Shown: positions 30,634 through 39,995, counted from the stretch's first letter. The stretch is DNA of 64,000 bases from an uncultured Gammaproteobacteria bacterium (GCA_964579845.1 CAZOHC010000001.1:27196-91195); one strand, 5' to 3'. A program made the numbers and translations. The notes: generated by a model not told the origin, from the letters alone.

Positions 30634-30673
30634 AGTATATATCGAATTAGCAGTCATGTCAATACTCTGCTAA
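30634..30673 (-). promoter_or_regulatory. clpB promoter overlapped by a CIRCE-like (HrcA) operator
   Basis: TTAGCAGTC-N9-CTCTGCTAA (30647-30673); minus-strand TTGACA-17-TATACT ending 7 nt before the ATG. Confidence 0.7.
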
Positions 30674-30935
30674 CATCTCTTGCCGGAAGCGTACTCGGGG
30701 ACGGGGCATCAAGAAGTTTCAAAAAAGCAGTATGCATATGCCGTCAACGTAGAACGTCTCAATATAGTGATCCCTGTTGGAGATTCGTTCTCAAAAGTTA
30801 TCCACAACGCCTTTCGTGTTTTTTTCTGTGAAAAGTTCTTCGTGAAAAGACTATATCATACTATATCTATATCAAACTATATCACCCTATAGGATATATA
30901 CCACTCCTCTCTTCCCTGTCTTCCTCCATCCGTAC

Positions 30936-30977
30936 GAAAAATCCCGCTTGCTGCTTATCTGCATTGCGGGATTTTTC
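30936..30977. terminator. Bidirectional intrinsic terminator-like hairpin
   Basis: gaaaaatcccgc...gcgggatttttc. Confidence 0.65.
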
Positions 30978-31055
30978 TGTCTGTAATGATTATTCATCTC
31001 GTAAGTTCTATCGCGAAACGATTCCGCTTCAGAAAGAAATAATCATTACCTGATA

Positions 31056-31130
31056 TTATTTTACCGGTGACGAAATCACCACAAAAAATGATGCTACTAC
31101 TGTCTCAAAATATTGTCTTATTTTCCTCAT
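31056..31130 (-). CDS. Candidate 24-aa hydrophobic peptide MRKIRQYFETVVASFFVVISSPVK
   Basis: Strong AAAGGAGGAG RBS immediately upstream; below the ORF-track size cutoff. Confidence 0.4.
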   Translation of the reverse strand: MRKIRQYFETVVASFFVVISSPVK

Positions 31131-31253
31131 CTACTCCTCCTTTCTGTAAGAATCGTGATTAATTAAGCTCAATATAAGCTCAATAATAGAGAAACGACAT
31201 AAGAAATAATTGAAAATTTTGTAAGAAATGACTAAGAAGAAGATGTTTGAAGA

Positions 31254-32012
31254 TTACAGTGGTTTACCGGCAAAGATGAGGTTTGTTGCCATGCCTGAAA
31301 CCCCGATTCCCACATGCGTCCAGTCGCTATGCAACTGATTCATATCATGAGGACGGTCACCTGCGTAGACATCCTCGATTAACTTTGTTCCTGACACTTT
31401 ATAGCCGTAACTTGAGTTCTCTCCGATTTTCATAAAACCTAACTTCGTAAATCCATCCTGACTATTGATAAAATCCAAAAAACCTTCATGGCTATCTGTT
31501 TTCTCTTTATCTGCAAAGAGTTGTGCACGGGAGGATGCGTATTCAGAGAGCTTTTCACTCAATTGGAGAGATGTTTTTCCGTTCTTCTGCCGGTACGAAT
31601 TCAGAGCCTGAAAAATCTCATCCGCTGTTCCTGCACGATCATCTTCCGGTACGTCAATCGTCCAGGTATATTCCCCTATCTGGCGAGATCGACTGTATTT
31701 GTCATGATCCTGTGCTTCAGAGGATTGCTGACCTGTCGGTGTCGGTGCGGATGACGGAGTGATTGTTGCTGAGATACGTTCTTCTTCCGGGTAGAAAATA
31801 GGATATTCCCATTCCTCCACTTCGCGGTCCTCAACTGTTGCTCCCAACACGTCTGGCTCCACTGAGATATATGCTTCACCTATCTGAGGAGGTGTCAGAT
31901 AACTATAAAAAACACTAAGAAATACAGCCCAGAGTATAAAGAGGAACCGAAGTCGATAGAACGAATAAGGCTTTTTTGTTCGTCTTACGGATGTTGTAGC
32001 AGAAGTATTCAT
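31254..32012 (-). CDS. CAP/SCP domain protein with an N-terminal TM
   Basis: LNSYRQKNG, SHEGF, GEN, H...NQL...WTHVGIG. Confidence 0.8.
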   Translation of the reverse strand: MNTSATTSVRRTKKPYSFYRLRFLFILWAVFLSVFYSYLTPPQIGEAYISVEPDVLGATVEDREVEEWEYPIFYPEEERISATITPSSAPTPTGQQSSEAQDHDKYSRSRQIGEYTWTIDVPEDDRAGTADEIFQALNSYRQKNGKTSLQLSEKLSEYASSRAQLFADKEKTDSHEGFLDFINSQDGFTKLGFMKIGENSSYGYKVSGTKLIEDVYAGDRPHDMNQLHSDWTHVGIGVSGMATNLIFAGKPL

Positions 32013-32102
32013 GGACAGTACGTATGTCTTATAAAAGTATCACAGCATTCAGGTCCCTGCAAGTTCATCTTTTCAGTACTTTCCTGTACAATACGACTCA
32101 GA

Positions 32103-32873
32103 ATGATCTCTGTGTATAAACCCCTTGGACTCACACCGCTTGAAACTATTCAACGGATTAAAGAGCAGGTGCCCTCGCTTCAGAAACAGAAAGTAAGCTA
32201 CGCAGGCAGACTCGATCCGATGGCTGAAGGGTTGCTCCTGCTATTAGTCGGTGATGAAAATAAAAAAAGAAAAGACTACGAAAATCTACCGAAAATCTAT
32301 GAGTTTGAAGTGCTTTTCGGAATCGAGACAGATACCTATGATCTGCTAGGACGCATTACGCAAACAAGCAATCAGCAACTTGTACTCAGTCGTCATGAGA
32401 TTAACTCCTTCCTGCCAAATTTCCTCGGGACATATAAGCAACCATACCCCCCTTATTCGTCAAAGCCAGTTCAGGGAAAACCTCTCTATCGGTGGGCTCG
32501 TGAAGGTAAACTTGGAGAAATACAAATTCCCGAACGGGAAATTACGATCACTTCCCTCTCACTGCTCAGTGAGGCCTCCCTTTCCCCTGCTACGCTCGCA
32601 GATGCTGTTAAGCAACGTATTACAAACGTAACAGGTGACTTTCGACAAGAAAAAATACTCGCTACCTGGGATGACTATCTCACTAATACTTCCCTTCTTT
32701 CCTTCCCGCTCTTTACTTTTTCAATTGCCTGTTCAAGCGGTACATATGTCCGCTCCCTAGCATATAGACTCGGGAGAGTAACAGTGACCGGCGCCCTCGC
32801 CTTCTCGATCAAACGAACAGGTGTGGGTACGTTTACTCTTGACGATGCGCTGTACCTTGAACCTCAGGAGTAA
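32103..32873 (+). CDS. truB: tRNA pseudouridine synthase B (no PUA domain)
   Basis: YKPLG, YAGRLDPMAEGLL, TDTYD, YPPYSS, CSSGTYVRSL. Confidence 0.85.
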   Translation: MISVYKPLGLTPLETIQRIKEQVPSLQKQKVSYAGRLDPMAEGLLLLLVGDENKKRKDYENLPKIYEFEVLFGIETDTYDLLGRITQTSNQQLVLSRHEINSFLPNFLGTYKQPYPPYSSKPVQGKPLYRWAREGKLGEIQIPEREITITSLSLLSEASLSPATLADAVKQRITNVTGDFRQEKILATWDDYLTNTSLLSFPLFTFSIACSSGTYVRSLAYRLGRVTVTGALAFSIKRTGVGTFTLDDALYLEPQE

Positions 32874-32944
32874 AATTGTTATACTTCGCCCACTCTCAGT
32901 GAGAGAGGAACATTTCAGTGTACGGAATAAAAAAGGAGAACGAA

Positions 32945-33193
32945 ATGCCTAGAGAGAATAGACAGGAATCTGATTTCTGTGATCAGGTACTCTCCATTCT
33001 CAGGTCAGATCCTGAGGCCCAAAACGTCTACGCCTGGATTAAAGAGTGTGTCCCGGCTGAGAATCACTGTGGGTTCCTGAACGCAACTTTCAGCTATCTC
33101 AAGAGTGGAACGCTCGCAGAGCACATTCTACGCCGGAATTTCAGACAGATCGAGGCAGCATTCGAAGCATACGATTCAAGTGTGTTTATCTAA
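32945..33193 (+). CDS. Hypothetical protein
   Basis: AAGGAG RBS upstream of MPREN. Confidence 0.5.
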   Translation: MPRENRQESDFCDQVLSILRSDPEAQNVYAWIKECVPAENHCGFLNATFSYLKSGTLAEHILRRNFRQIEAAFEAYDSSVFI

Positions 33194-33207
33194 CAAGGAG
33201 GCATGGT

Positions 33208-33582
33208 ATGGAACGAAACATGTTCGAGAGAGCAGACGGATATGATCCGGAGCTCCATGAGCTCCGGGTACCTATCATCGTACTCATGAAGCCCACCTCA
33301 AGCATCCTATCGATCGATGGATTCGTCGCCACCTGAATATCGACACCGGATACTGCAGGAGAAACGGTTGACCTCACTATTAACGTCCAACTGCCTGACA
33401 GTATCTTTTTCGACGCTTGGTCATTCAGACCACCGATGCCACCGACCACATGGGAATACGAAGGACCGATACCATACAGGCATGGTGGAAACTATAACGC
33501 TCCTTTTCATCAGACCCTCCTGGGGGTCTACGCACAATCAGGGACACCGCTTATGTACACGCTTCACCTTTGGGAGCGGTAA
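33208..33582 (+). pseudogene. Hypothetical ORF interrupted by one in-frame TGA (33334-33336)
   Basis: AAGGAGG RBS; 42 codons, TGA, then 81 more open codons to TAA, followed by a terminator-like hairpin. Confidence 0.4.
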
Positions 33583-33727
33583 TACCCTTTTCCGTACCCG
33601 CTTACAAGCACCCTAAGGTGCTGAAAGGAGGGATTTTTTTCTTCGCTCAAGACGCGAGCAGGAACGAAAAAACCCGGTCTTTCAGGTCACACCGACCGGT
33701 GCTTTTTTCGTATACAGGAGAGATTTA

Positions 33728-34036
33728 TCAGCGGAACATCGAGAAGACCAAACCGACGATCAGCGCGATGATAATCAGACTCGGCAGTCCGGCGAGCGCG
33801 ATAATTCCAAGCGTTGCGAGAATCCATAACACTAATGCCACCCCGGCAATCTGCCTGAGTGGACTCGGAAGCACGCCGATTGCCCAGATGACCACAAAGA
33901 GGATAAGTATGTCCCACAGAGATATTTCTTGTCCGTTGAGTGTAAAGAGGACGATATCCGGGAGATTAATACTCCCGACATTTACGTAGCCGAGGAACCA
34001 AAGTGCCAATAAGATGAGGATAAGTACTGCTACCAT
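33728..34036 (-). CDS. Small multi-TM membrane protein
   Basis: Highly hydrophobic; overlaps the stop of the upstream gene. Confidence 0.6.
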   Translation of the reverse strand: MVAVLILILLALWFLGYVNVGSINLPDIVLFTLNGQEISLWDILILFVVIWAIGVLPSPLRQIAGVALVLWILATLGIIALAGLPSLIIIALIVGLVFSMFR

Positions 34037-34299
34037 CAACCTTTGTTGCTTTTACTGCTTCCCATTATATTGCTGACTTTCTTCATTGCACCTGTTGCAA
34101 CCGCTGAAACACTACTGGCAACAGTTTCGGCATTTGCGGTAATTCTTCCGACCGCATCAATCTGCTCGCTGATTTTGGCACTCAGCTCCCCGATTTTCGC
34201 CTTAATATAAAACAGGAGAATTACAATCACGACCAGAATGAGTATCATCATACTCATAAAAATAATATTCGTGAGGTAAAAAATATCTTGCAAGCTCAT
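34036..34299 (-). CDS. Small TM plus coiled-coil protein (DUF948-like architecture)
   Basis: AAGGAGAGG RBS, MSLQDIFY, TM then heptad repeats. Confidence 0.55.
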   Translation of the reverse strand: MSLQDIFYLTNIIFMSMMILILVVIVILLFYIKAKIGELSAKISEQIDAVGRITANAETVASSVSAVATGAMKKVSNIMGSSKSNKG

Positions 34300-34424
34300 C
34301 TGAATCGTCCTCTCCTTATCATGACCGAACACAGCTGTCCTGTCAATGGTTTCATAAAAACCAGCGTAATTGAGATACACTAACGATGAGTCAAAGGAGG
34401 GTAAGGATTTCGTAAGAAGACTGC

Positions 34425-35039
34425 TTAGTAGCCGAGTACTTCTTTGACAAAGATGAGGTGAATTCTCTCCGGATTCGGCTCTTTGTTCATAATCAGAACC
34501 TTACTGACGTTACTACCCGGAACACCGTACGCTTCTCTCGCCCGCTCTGATTCAAGTGGGAGAACATATTCGTCAATTCGCTTCATGCCTTCATCAACAT
34601 TTCGAACGATTTTGTGTGCTCCGACCACCCAGATCACCTGCTCCGCACCGTAGGCATAAGCAGGCAACTGGCTACCTGAGTTTGAGGCAATGAGTACCTT
34701 ACCGTCCTCAGTCACCGCATGCACACTGCCGACAGCATAATCAGGTGCTGCACCCATCTGCCGCATTACTTTTCCGTCTGTTTCTCTTGATAACGTCTGC
34801 AGGGTATTCTTCACGGCCTTGTACTTCCCTGAATTGAGAATGAGGTCCTGAATCCCGGTCTCAGCAAGCGTCACCGAGGTCATATCCATGACTTCCGCGT
34901 CTTCAGGAAGCATCGAGGCTATTTTCTCTTTCGCTTCTTCTTTTGTCTCAGCGACAAGCGCGTTGATACCGTTTTTTTGTAAATGCTGAATCGTCTTTTT
35001 CAGAACTTCGTCCGTTGGTAATGTTTTCCAGTTATTCAT
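34425..35039 (-). CDS. LUD-domain (lactate utilization B/C-like) protein
   Basis: SVTLAETG, GSVHAVTEDG, SNSGSQLPAY, VGAHKIV, KEVLGY. Confidence 0.82.
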   Translation of the reverse strand: MNNWKTLPTDEVLKKTIQHLQKNGINALVAETKEEAKEKIASMLPEDAEVMDMTSVTLAETGIQDLILNSGKYKAVKNTLQTLSRETDGKVMRQMGAAPDYAVGSVHAVTEDGKVLIASNSGSQLPAYAYGAEQVIWVVGAHKIVRNVDEGMKRIDEYVLPLESERAREAYGVPGSNVSKVLIMNKEPNPERIHLIFVKEVLGY

Positions 35040-35061
35040 GACAATATCTATACTATCAATC

Positions 35062-35100
35062 ATACTTCATTTTGTAAAGTACTTACAAAAAGGGAAGTAT
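35062..35100. promoter_or_regulatory. Palindromic operator between the divergent LUD and HxlR genes
   Basis: atacttc-attttgtaa-agtac-ttacaaaa-agggaagtat inverted repeat. Confidence 0.55.
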
Positions 35101-35129
35101 GCGATTTGGTTTAATGGTATAATATCCCT

Positions 35130-35438
35130 ATGATAAATCACGATAAAATCTGTGTCTCAAACACGATTAAGATCATCGGCAGTAAATGGACAATTTTGAT
35201 TCTTCGCGAGCTGTGTGAAGGGACAAAGCGCTTCGGTGAGCTGGAGCGTTCTCTTGAGGGTATCAGTCCGAAAACTCTTTCGCTTCGACTAAAAGAACTT
35301 GAACGACAGAAAATCGTTGCGAAGAAAATGTATAAAGAAGTCCCGCTTCATGTTGAGTATTCACTCACTCCCCGCGGACAGTCACTGCGTAACATTATTG
35401 AAAAAATGCGTGAATGGGGCGAGACCGCAACTATTTAA
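35130..35438 (+). CDS. HxlR-family winged-helix transcriptional regulator
   Basis: CVSNTIKIIGSKWTILIL, KRFGEL, LSLRLKELE, VPLHVEYSLT. Confidence 0.9.
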   Translation: MINHDKICVSNTIKIIGSKWTILILRELCEGTKRFGELERSLEGISPKTLSLRLKELERQKIVAKKMYKEVPLHVEYSLTPRGQSLRNIIEKMREWGETATI

Positions 35439-35445
35439 ACAATCA

Positions 35446-35763
35446 CTACCGTTTAAACGAATACAAAACTTCAAAAATCTCCGGTTCTGATTTTCCCCGC
35501 TTCATAAAGTAATGGACAATCTCGATTGCTTGCCTCCTGGTCTCCTGGAGTTGTTGTGTTCGAGAGTACGCAGTCCCATCCTCGTTTGTTTTATGCTCAA
35601 ACCCTTGAATAGGCTTCGTAATGTGTTGGTGAATCCAGAACATAAACTTCTTCGGAATTGAGAATTGGTCAATAATAAAATCACGTTTTATCATAAGATA
35701 ACGAATAACACGGCTACAATAGCATTTCTTTTCGGAGAAAGAGAAAAATACTACTCTTGGCAT
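35446..35763 (-). CDS. Hypothetical protein
   Basis: ORF fills the gap; start uncertain. Confidence 0.4.
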   Translation of the reverse strand: MPRVVFFSFSEKKCYCSRVIRYLMIKRDFIIDQFSIPKKFMFWIHQHITKPIQGFEHKTNEDGTAYSRTQQLQETRRQAIEIVHYFMKRGKSEPEIFEVLYSFKR

Positions 35764-35835
35764 AGCACTATAGTATCTTCTTATATTAAGAAGGTGATAA
35801 AAGAAACGTAACGTTTCTGAAAGAAGAAAGGCAGA

Positions 35836-36540
35836 TCAGCGTTCGATTTTTCCTGTGTGTTTTTCTAAAATCCCGAGGAATGTATGTGGTACCGATGCCT
35901 CACGAAATGTAAATGCAAGCCAGTGATAGTGACCATGAGACCATGCGGAAGCAAACCGCGCGTGTGAAAGCGAATGGAGTCGGCCGTCCCACGGATCGAT
36001 AAACGTAACATGCAGATCATCCATACCGTTCACGACAATTACATGGGAGTGTTCAGTTACACTTGCCTCGTTATAGAGCATATTCCGATCCGCCATATGC
36101 ACGATCACCGGTCGAGAAGCGCGAAGTTCACGCTTCAGGAGCTGTTTCCAGCTGTCTTGATCAACGTGTGAATACTCAAGGAAATACGTTTGTGAAGTCA
36201 GAAAAGGTGTCACATGTCGGAGTGCCTCAGGAGAGACACCTCGGGAATGATCAGGAGCAAAAATCCGTACCAGCTGTCTGACAGACGGATAGCTTATAGC
36301 ATGCTGTTCTGTCGGAATTTTGCCCTGCTGAGAAAGCACTTGTAGAGCGATTGCAAGCGAAGCTGGCATACAGTTGTGCATTCCGGTATCTCCACTCGCA
36401 TCAGCAGGAAGAAATCGCTGAGCGATAGTCGGAGCTGGAAGGAAGAGATTCTCAGCCCGCACAGTTGTTGCGCTGCCAAAAAATACCCACAACAGAAGTG
36501 TACAGACGATAACCTTATTCCGAACATTTTGCTTTTTCAT
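35836..36540 (-). CDS. Secreted C39-like (papain-fold) peptidase
   Basis: Signal peptide, NCMPAS, RPVIV, HVIVVNG, IDPWDG (Cys-His-Asp). Confidence 0.75.
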   Translation of the reverse strand: MKKQNVRNKVIVCTLLLWVFFGSATTVRAENLFLPAPTIAQRFLPADASGDTGMHNCMPASLAIALQVLSQQGKIPTEQHAISYPSVRQLVRIFAPDHSRGVSPEALRHVTPFLTSQTYFLEYSHVDQDSWKQLLKRELRASRPVIVHMADRNMLYNEASVTEHSHVIVVNGMDDLHVTFIDPWDGRLHSLSHARFASAWSHGHYHWLAFTFREASVPHTFLGILEKHTGKIER

Positions 36541-36641
36541 ACGCTATGGACAGGTGCTGCGTATTCTACACTACACCAGTGACCGCTGCAATCCTATGGG
36601 ACTGATTGCTCTTCGCTTCAGGTTACCATACAATAGAATCA

Positions 36642-37343
36642 ATGAAGAAAAAACACCTCAAACCCCACCCACTCATACCCGTGCTGACAGCAGAAATCAT
36701 ACTCGGCATTGTCCTGGCTGCCGGCTCTTTTTTACTTTTTGCCGATCTGTCACGACACGTGATCTCCGAGGAAATCCTTCTTCTTGATACGAGCCTCTCT
36801 GAAACTGTTTATTCGCTCAGAAGTCCGTTACTCACCCAGACATTCCTCTTCATTACCTTTCTCGGTGGAAGTACCTGGCTTCTGTTCGCCTCATTAGTCA
36901 TGTTCCTTTTTCTGATCCTGAAGAAGAAAACACATGCAGCTCTCCTGTTTCTGTTTACCTTTTCCCTGGGAGTCGCATTAAATTTGTTTATCAAATACAT
37001 TGTTGCCAGAGCACGACCTGATATTGAACCGATGATTGATGAGATTTTCTATAGCTATCCGTCAGGACATAGCATGAATGCTTTCGTGTTCTATGCACTG
37101 CTTGCGTACCTAACTTATCACGTCGGAAGAAATAGCATGGTCAGTGCCCTCGTAACGTTTCTCTGCGGTATATTAATTCTGGCAATCGGATTCAGTAGAA
37201 TCTACCTGGGTGTTCATTACCCGAGTGATGTTATTGCAGGATTTCTGGCAGGATGCGCATGGTTTCTCACGGTCTTAGTTAGTCACAAGACAATTCAGGC
37301 ATACAGGAGCTACCAACGTGCACCGCGGAAGAAAAAAATCTAG
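36642..37343 (+). CDS. PAP2-family phosphatase (undecaprenyl-PP phosphatase-like)
   Basis: KYIVARARP, SYPSGH, SRIYLGVHYPSDV. Confidence 0.9.
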   Translation: MKKKHLKPHPLIPVLTAEIILGIVLAAGSFLLFADLSRHVISEEILLLDTSLSETVYSLRSPLLTQTFLFITFLGGSTWLLFASLVMFLFLILKKKTHAALLFLFTFSLGVALNLFIKYIVARARPDIEPMIDEIFYSYPSGHSMNAFVFYALLAYLTYHVGRNSMVSALVTFLCGILILAIGFSRIYLGVHYPSDVIAGFLAGCAWFLTVLVSHKTIQAYRSYQRAPRKKKI

Positions 37344-37633
37344 CTACGTTTTCGAGCTGACTTCGTATGTATTTTTCGTGACATCCGTACCGAACGGTGA
37401 ATACCGACAGCAAGGATGAGGATACCGATGATAATTGAGACAATACCGATTCCTTGGAGCACGCTGTCTCTGCTCAGATGAATAAGCGTCATACCGACAA
37501 CGATTACAGCAAGTGTTGTCCTGACATACGAAAGGAGTGTTCGCTCATTCGCTAATATCGTTCGGTCAAGCGCAAGGTGGTCTCGCAAAATCAGCTCTTC
37601 TTCACGGAAATTTTCATACGGCCGTTTCTTCAT
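37340..37633 (-). CDS. DUF202/YidH membrane protein
   Basis: RDHLALDRTILANERTLLSYVRT. Confidence 0.85.
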   Translation of the reverse strand: MKKRPYENFREEELILRDHLALDRTILANERTLLSYVRTTLAVIVVGMTLIHLSRDSVLQGIGIVSIIIGILILAVGIHRSVRMSRKIHTKSARKRS

Positions 37634-37693
37634 TACGTTCATTATACCAAACCCTGCTCAGGCAGAGCTTGTATACCATGGTACAATACCTCT

Positions 37694-38239
37694 ATGAATG
37701 AAACTGCTACATTCGCGTCAGGCTGTTTTTGGTGTACCGAGGCGATATTCCTCCGTCTTAACGGTGTGTCATCTGTCATTTCAGGATATACGGGCGGAAA
37801 AACTGTCGATCCGACATATGAACAGGTCTCAACCGGAATGACCGGACACGCTGAGGCAATACAGATCTCTTTTAATCCGTCGATTATTTCCTACCAAAAG
37901 CTGCTTGAGATATTTTTTGAGACACACGACCCGACATCCAAAGACCGACAAGGTGCTGATCACGGAACACAGTACCGTTCTGTCATTTTCTACCACTCAG
38001 AAGAACAAAAGCACCAGGCTGAAGACATGATTTCCACCCTGACAAAAACAAAACGATACCAAGAACCGATCGTGACCGAAGTTCTCCCCGCTCTTCCGTT
38101 CTATCAAGCTGAGGAGTATCATCAGGATTTTTATGCGAAAAACCGCGAGTATCCGTACTGCACCGTCGTTATCAATCCGAAATTGACAAAACTACTCAGT
38201 ACCTTTACGAAAGAAGTGAAAGAGGAATATCGCAGCTGA
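37694..38239 (+). CDS. msrA: Peptide methionine sulfoxide reductase A
   Basis: FASGCFWCTE, TGHAE, HDPT, GTQYRS, AEEYHQ. Confidence 0.95.
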   Translation: MNETATFASGCFWCTEAIFLRLNGVSSVISGYTGGKTVDPTYEQVSTGMTGHAEAIQISFNPSIISYQKLLEIFFETHDPTSKDRQGADHGTQYRSVIFYHSEEQKHQAEDMISTLTKTKRYQEPIVTEVLPALPFYQAEEYHQDFYAKNREYPYCTVVINPKLTKLLSTFTKEVKEEYRS

Positions 38240-38240
38240 C

Positions 38241-38777
38241 TTATGACCCCGGGCAAACCACTGTATCAACCAACCACGTTCCCTGCTCTTTAAGCACAAT
38301 GACCGAGATTTTTTGGGCAAAGCCATTGCCTGACTGTAAAACAACTGTTGCGACTGCACGTTGAGGATCCTCATAGTCTACCGTCTCAACTGATGTACTT
38401 CCTCCCGTATTCTGTGAACACAGCACCGGATCAGCCCTGAATAATGTGGCTTTATTTTCCTGCAGGTTTTCAAGAAACGCATCCGTCGTAAACGCTATCT
38501 CTTCCTGACAGTACAGACTTACCCGCCCCCTTGCCTCAGCAGGAGGCTGTGAAAGACACGACGTATACGCCGTATAGAACTCACTGATGACAGTCTTAAT
38601 CGCTGCCGTATCCTGCTCAATGATTGAGGTCGTTGGAGTCGTCTGCGAAGCAGGCGGAATCGTCGGCTGAAGCGGCGAGGTGACCTGTTCCGGTGCTGAA
38701 AAACCATAATAGAAAAAACCGACCCCCAGCCCAATGACCAGAAAGAGCCCGAAAAAGAGTAACAGTATTTGTTTCAT
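38241..38777 (-). CDS. Membrane-anchored NTF2-like (DUF3828-like) protein
   Basis: TM, P/T linker, FYTAY, DPVLCSQ, WLVDTVVC. Confidence 0.55.
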   Translation of the reverse strand: MKQILLLFFGLFLVIGLGVGFFYYGFSAPEQVTSPLQPTIPPASQTTPTTSIIEQDTAAIKTVISEFYTAYTSCLSQPPAEARGRVSLYCQEEIAFTTDAFLENLQENKATLFRADPVLCSQNTGGSTSVETVDYEDPQRAVATVVLQSGNGFAQKISVIVLKEQGTWLVDTVVCPGS

Positions 38778-38954
38778 GTGTATCCCGTTATTCATCAGCA
38801 TGTGCGTTGGCAGAGGATCATACGATCAAACGTAGGTTTTCTACGGCAAGTATAGCAAATCATCGAAGCGTTCACTCCCTGCAAAAAGCCCACTCTTACA
38901 TGATCTTTGCGGAAATGTTACGAATCATTGGATTTTGATAGCTATACTTTAGAT

Positions 38955-39995
38955 ATGATTCGTCTTGGCTATGCTCTCTCAGGTGAAGAACATGACGCAC
39001 CGACGCTCATCACACATGCAGCGCGTGCGGAACAGGCGGGCTTCTCCTTTGCATTAGTTTCTGATCACTACCATCCTTGGATCAATCAACAGGGAGAGTC
39101 CCCGTTCGTCTGGGCTGTCCTCGGAGGCATTGCTCAACAGACACAAACAATACAGATCGGAACCGGCGTCACATGTCCAATTATCCGAATGCATCCTGCT
39201 ATTATCGCACAGGCTGCTGCAACAGTCGGACAGTTACTCGAAGATAGATTCTTCCTGGGTGTCGGAACAGGAGAAAATCTGAACGAGCACGTCATCGGGC
39301 AGGGCTGGCCGCCGATCGGAATACGCCAACAGATGCTTCGTGAGGCAATTCAGATTATACGATTACTGTGGGAAGGGAAAAATACAAATTTTAACGGAGA
39401 GTTTTACACCGTTGAAGACGCCAGAATCTATTCGCTTCCTGCGACACTCCCTAAGATCATGGTCGCTGCCTCAGGTCCGTTCAGTACTATTCTCGCAGCG
39501 CAGGTTGGAGACGGCTTTATCACCACATCACCCAACCGAGAACTTGTACAGACATTTGAAGAAACAGCCGGAACGGAAAAACCCAAATACGGGCAGATCA
39601 CTGTTTGTGTGGCAAAAAACGAAACAGACGCACTCAAAACAGCGATGAAGTGGTGGCCAAACAGTGCCATTCCGGGACAGTTTTCTCAGGAAGCGCGTAT
39701 TCCTGCGTACTTTGAGCAGGCAGCCAAACTCGTCACACCTGATCATATCAAGAAAAACTATGTCTTAGGAGCAGACCCGAAGAAACATCTTGAGGAGATT
39801 AAAAAATATGCTGACGCAGGATTTGATCACATCTATATTCACCAGATCGGACCTGATCAGGAAGCTTTCTTTACGTTATATGAGAAAGAGATTCTTCCTC
39901 AGATCAAAACGCTATCACCTGCTCGTCAAAAAAATGGGCGCAAACGAGGAAGGCCGAAGAAAAACGGCAAGATTCGATTTTCTCCTTCGCTCTAG
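38955..39995 (+). CDS. LLM-class oxidoreductase, F420-dependent G6PDH-like family (TIGR03557-like)
   Basis: SGEEH, SDHYHPW, GTGVTCP, AQAAAT, GVGTGENLNEH, HQIGPDQ. Confidence 0.85.
   Translation: MIRLGYALSGEEHDAPTLITHAARAEQAGFSFALVSDHYHPWINQQGESPFVWAVLGGIAQQTQTIQIGTGVTCPIIRMHPAIIAQAAATVGQLLEDRFFLGVGTGENLNEHVIGQGWPPIGIRQQMLREAIQIIRLLWEGKNTNFNGEFYTVEDARIYSLPATLPKIMVAASGPFSTILAAQVGDGFITTSPNRELVQTFEETAGTEKPKYGQITVCVAKNETDALKTAMKWWPNSAIPGQFSQEARIPAYFEQAAKLVTPDHIKKNYVLGADPKKHLEEIKKYADAGFDHIYIHQIGPDQEAFFTLYEKEILPQIKTLSPARQKNGRKRGRPKKNGKIRFSPSL

Noticed and set aside
30680-30892. 70-aa ORF in the clpB upstream gap
   Set aside because: TTG start, no RBS, no motif, and it overlaps the DnaA-box and repeat tract.
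33186-33616. ORFs 33186-33449(-) and 33317-33616(+)
   Set aside because: No RBS or motifs; the RBS-led frame 33208-33582 explains the region better.
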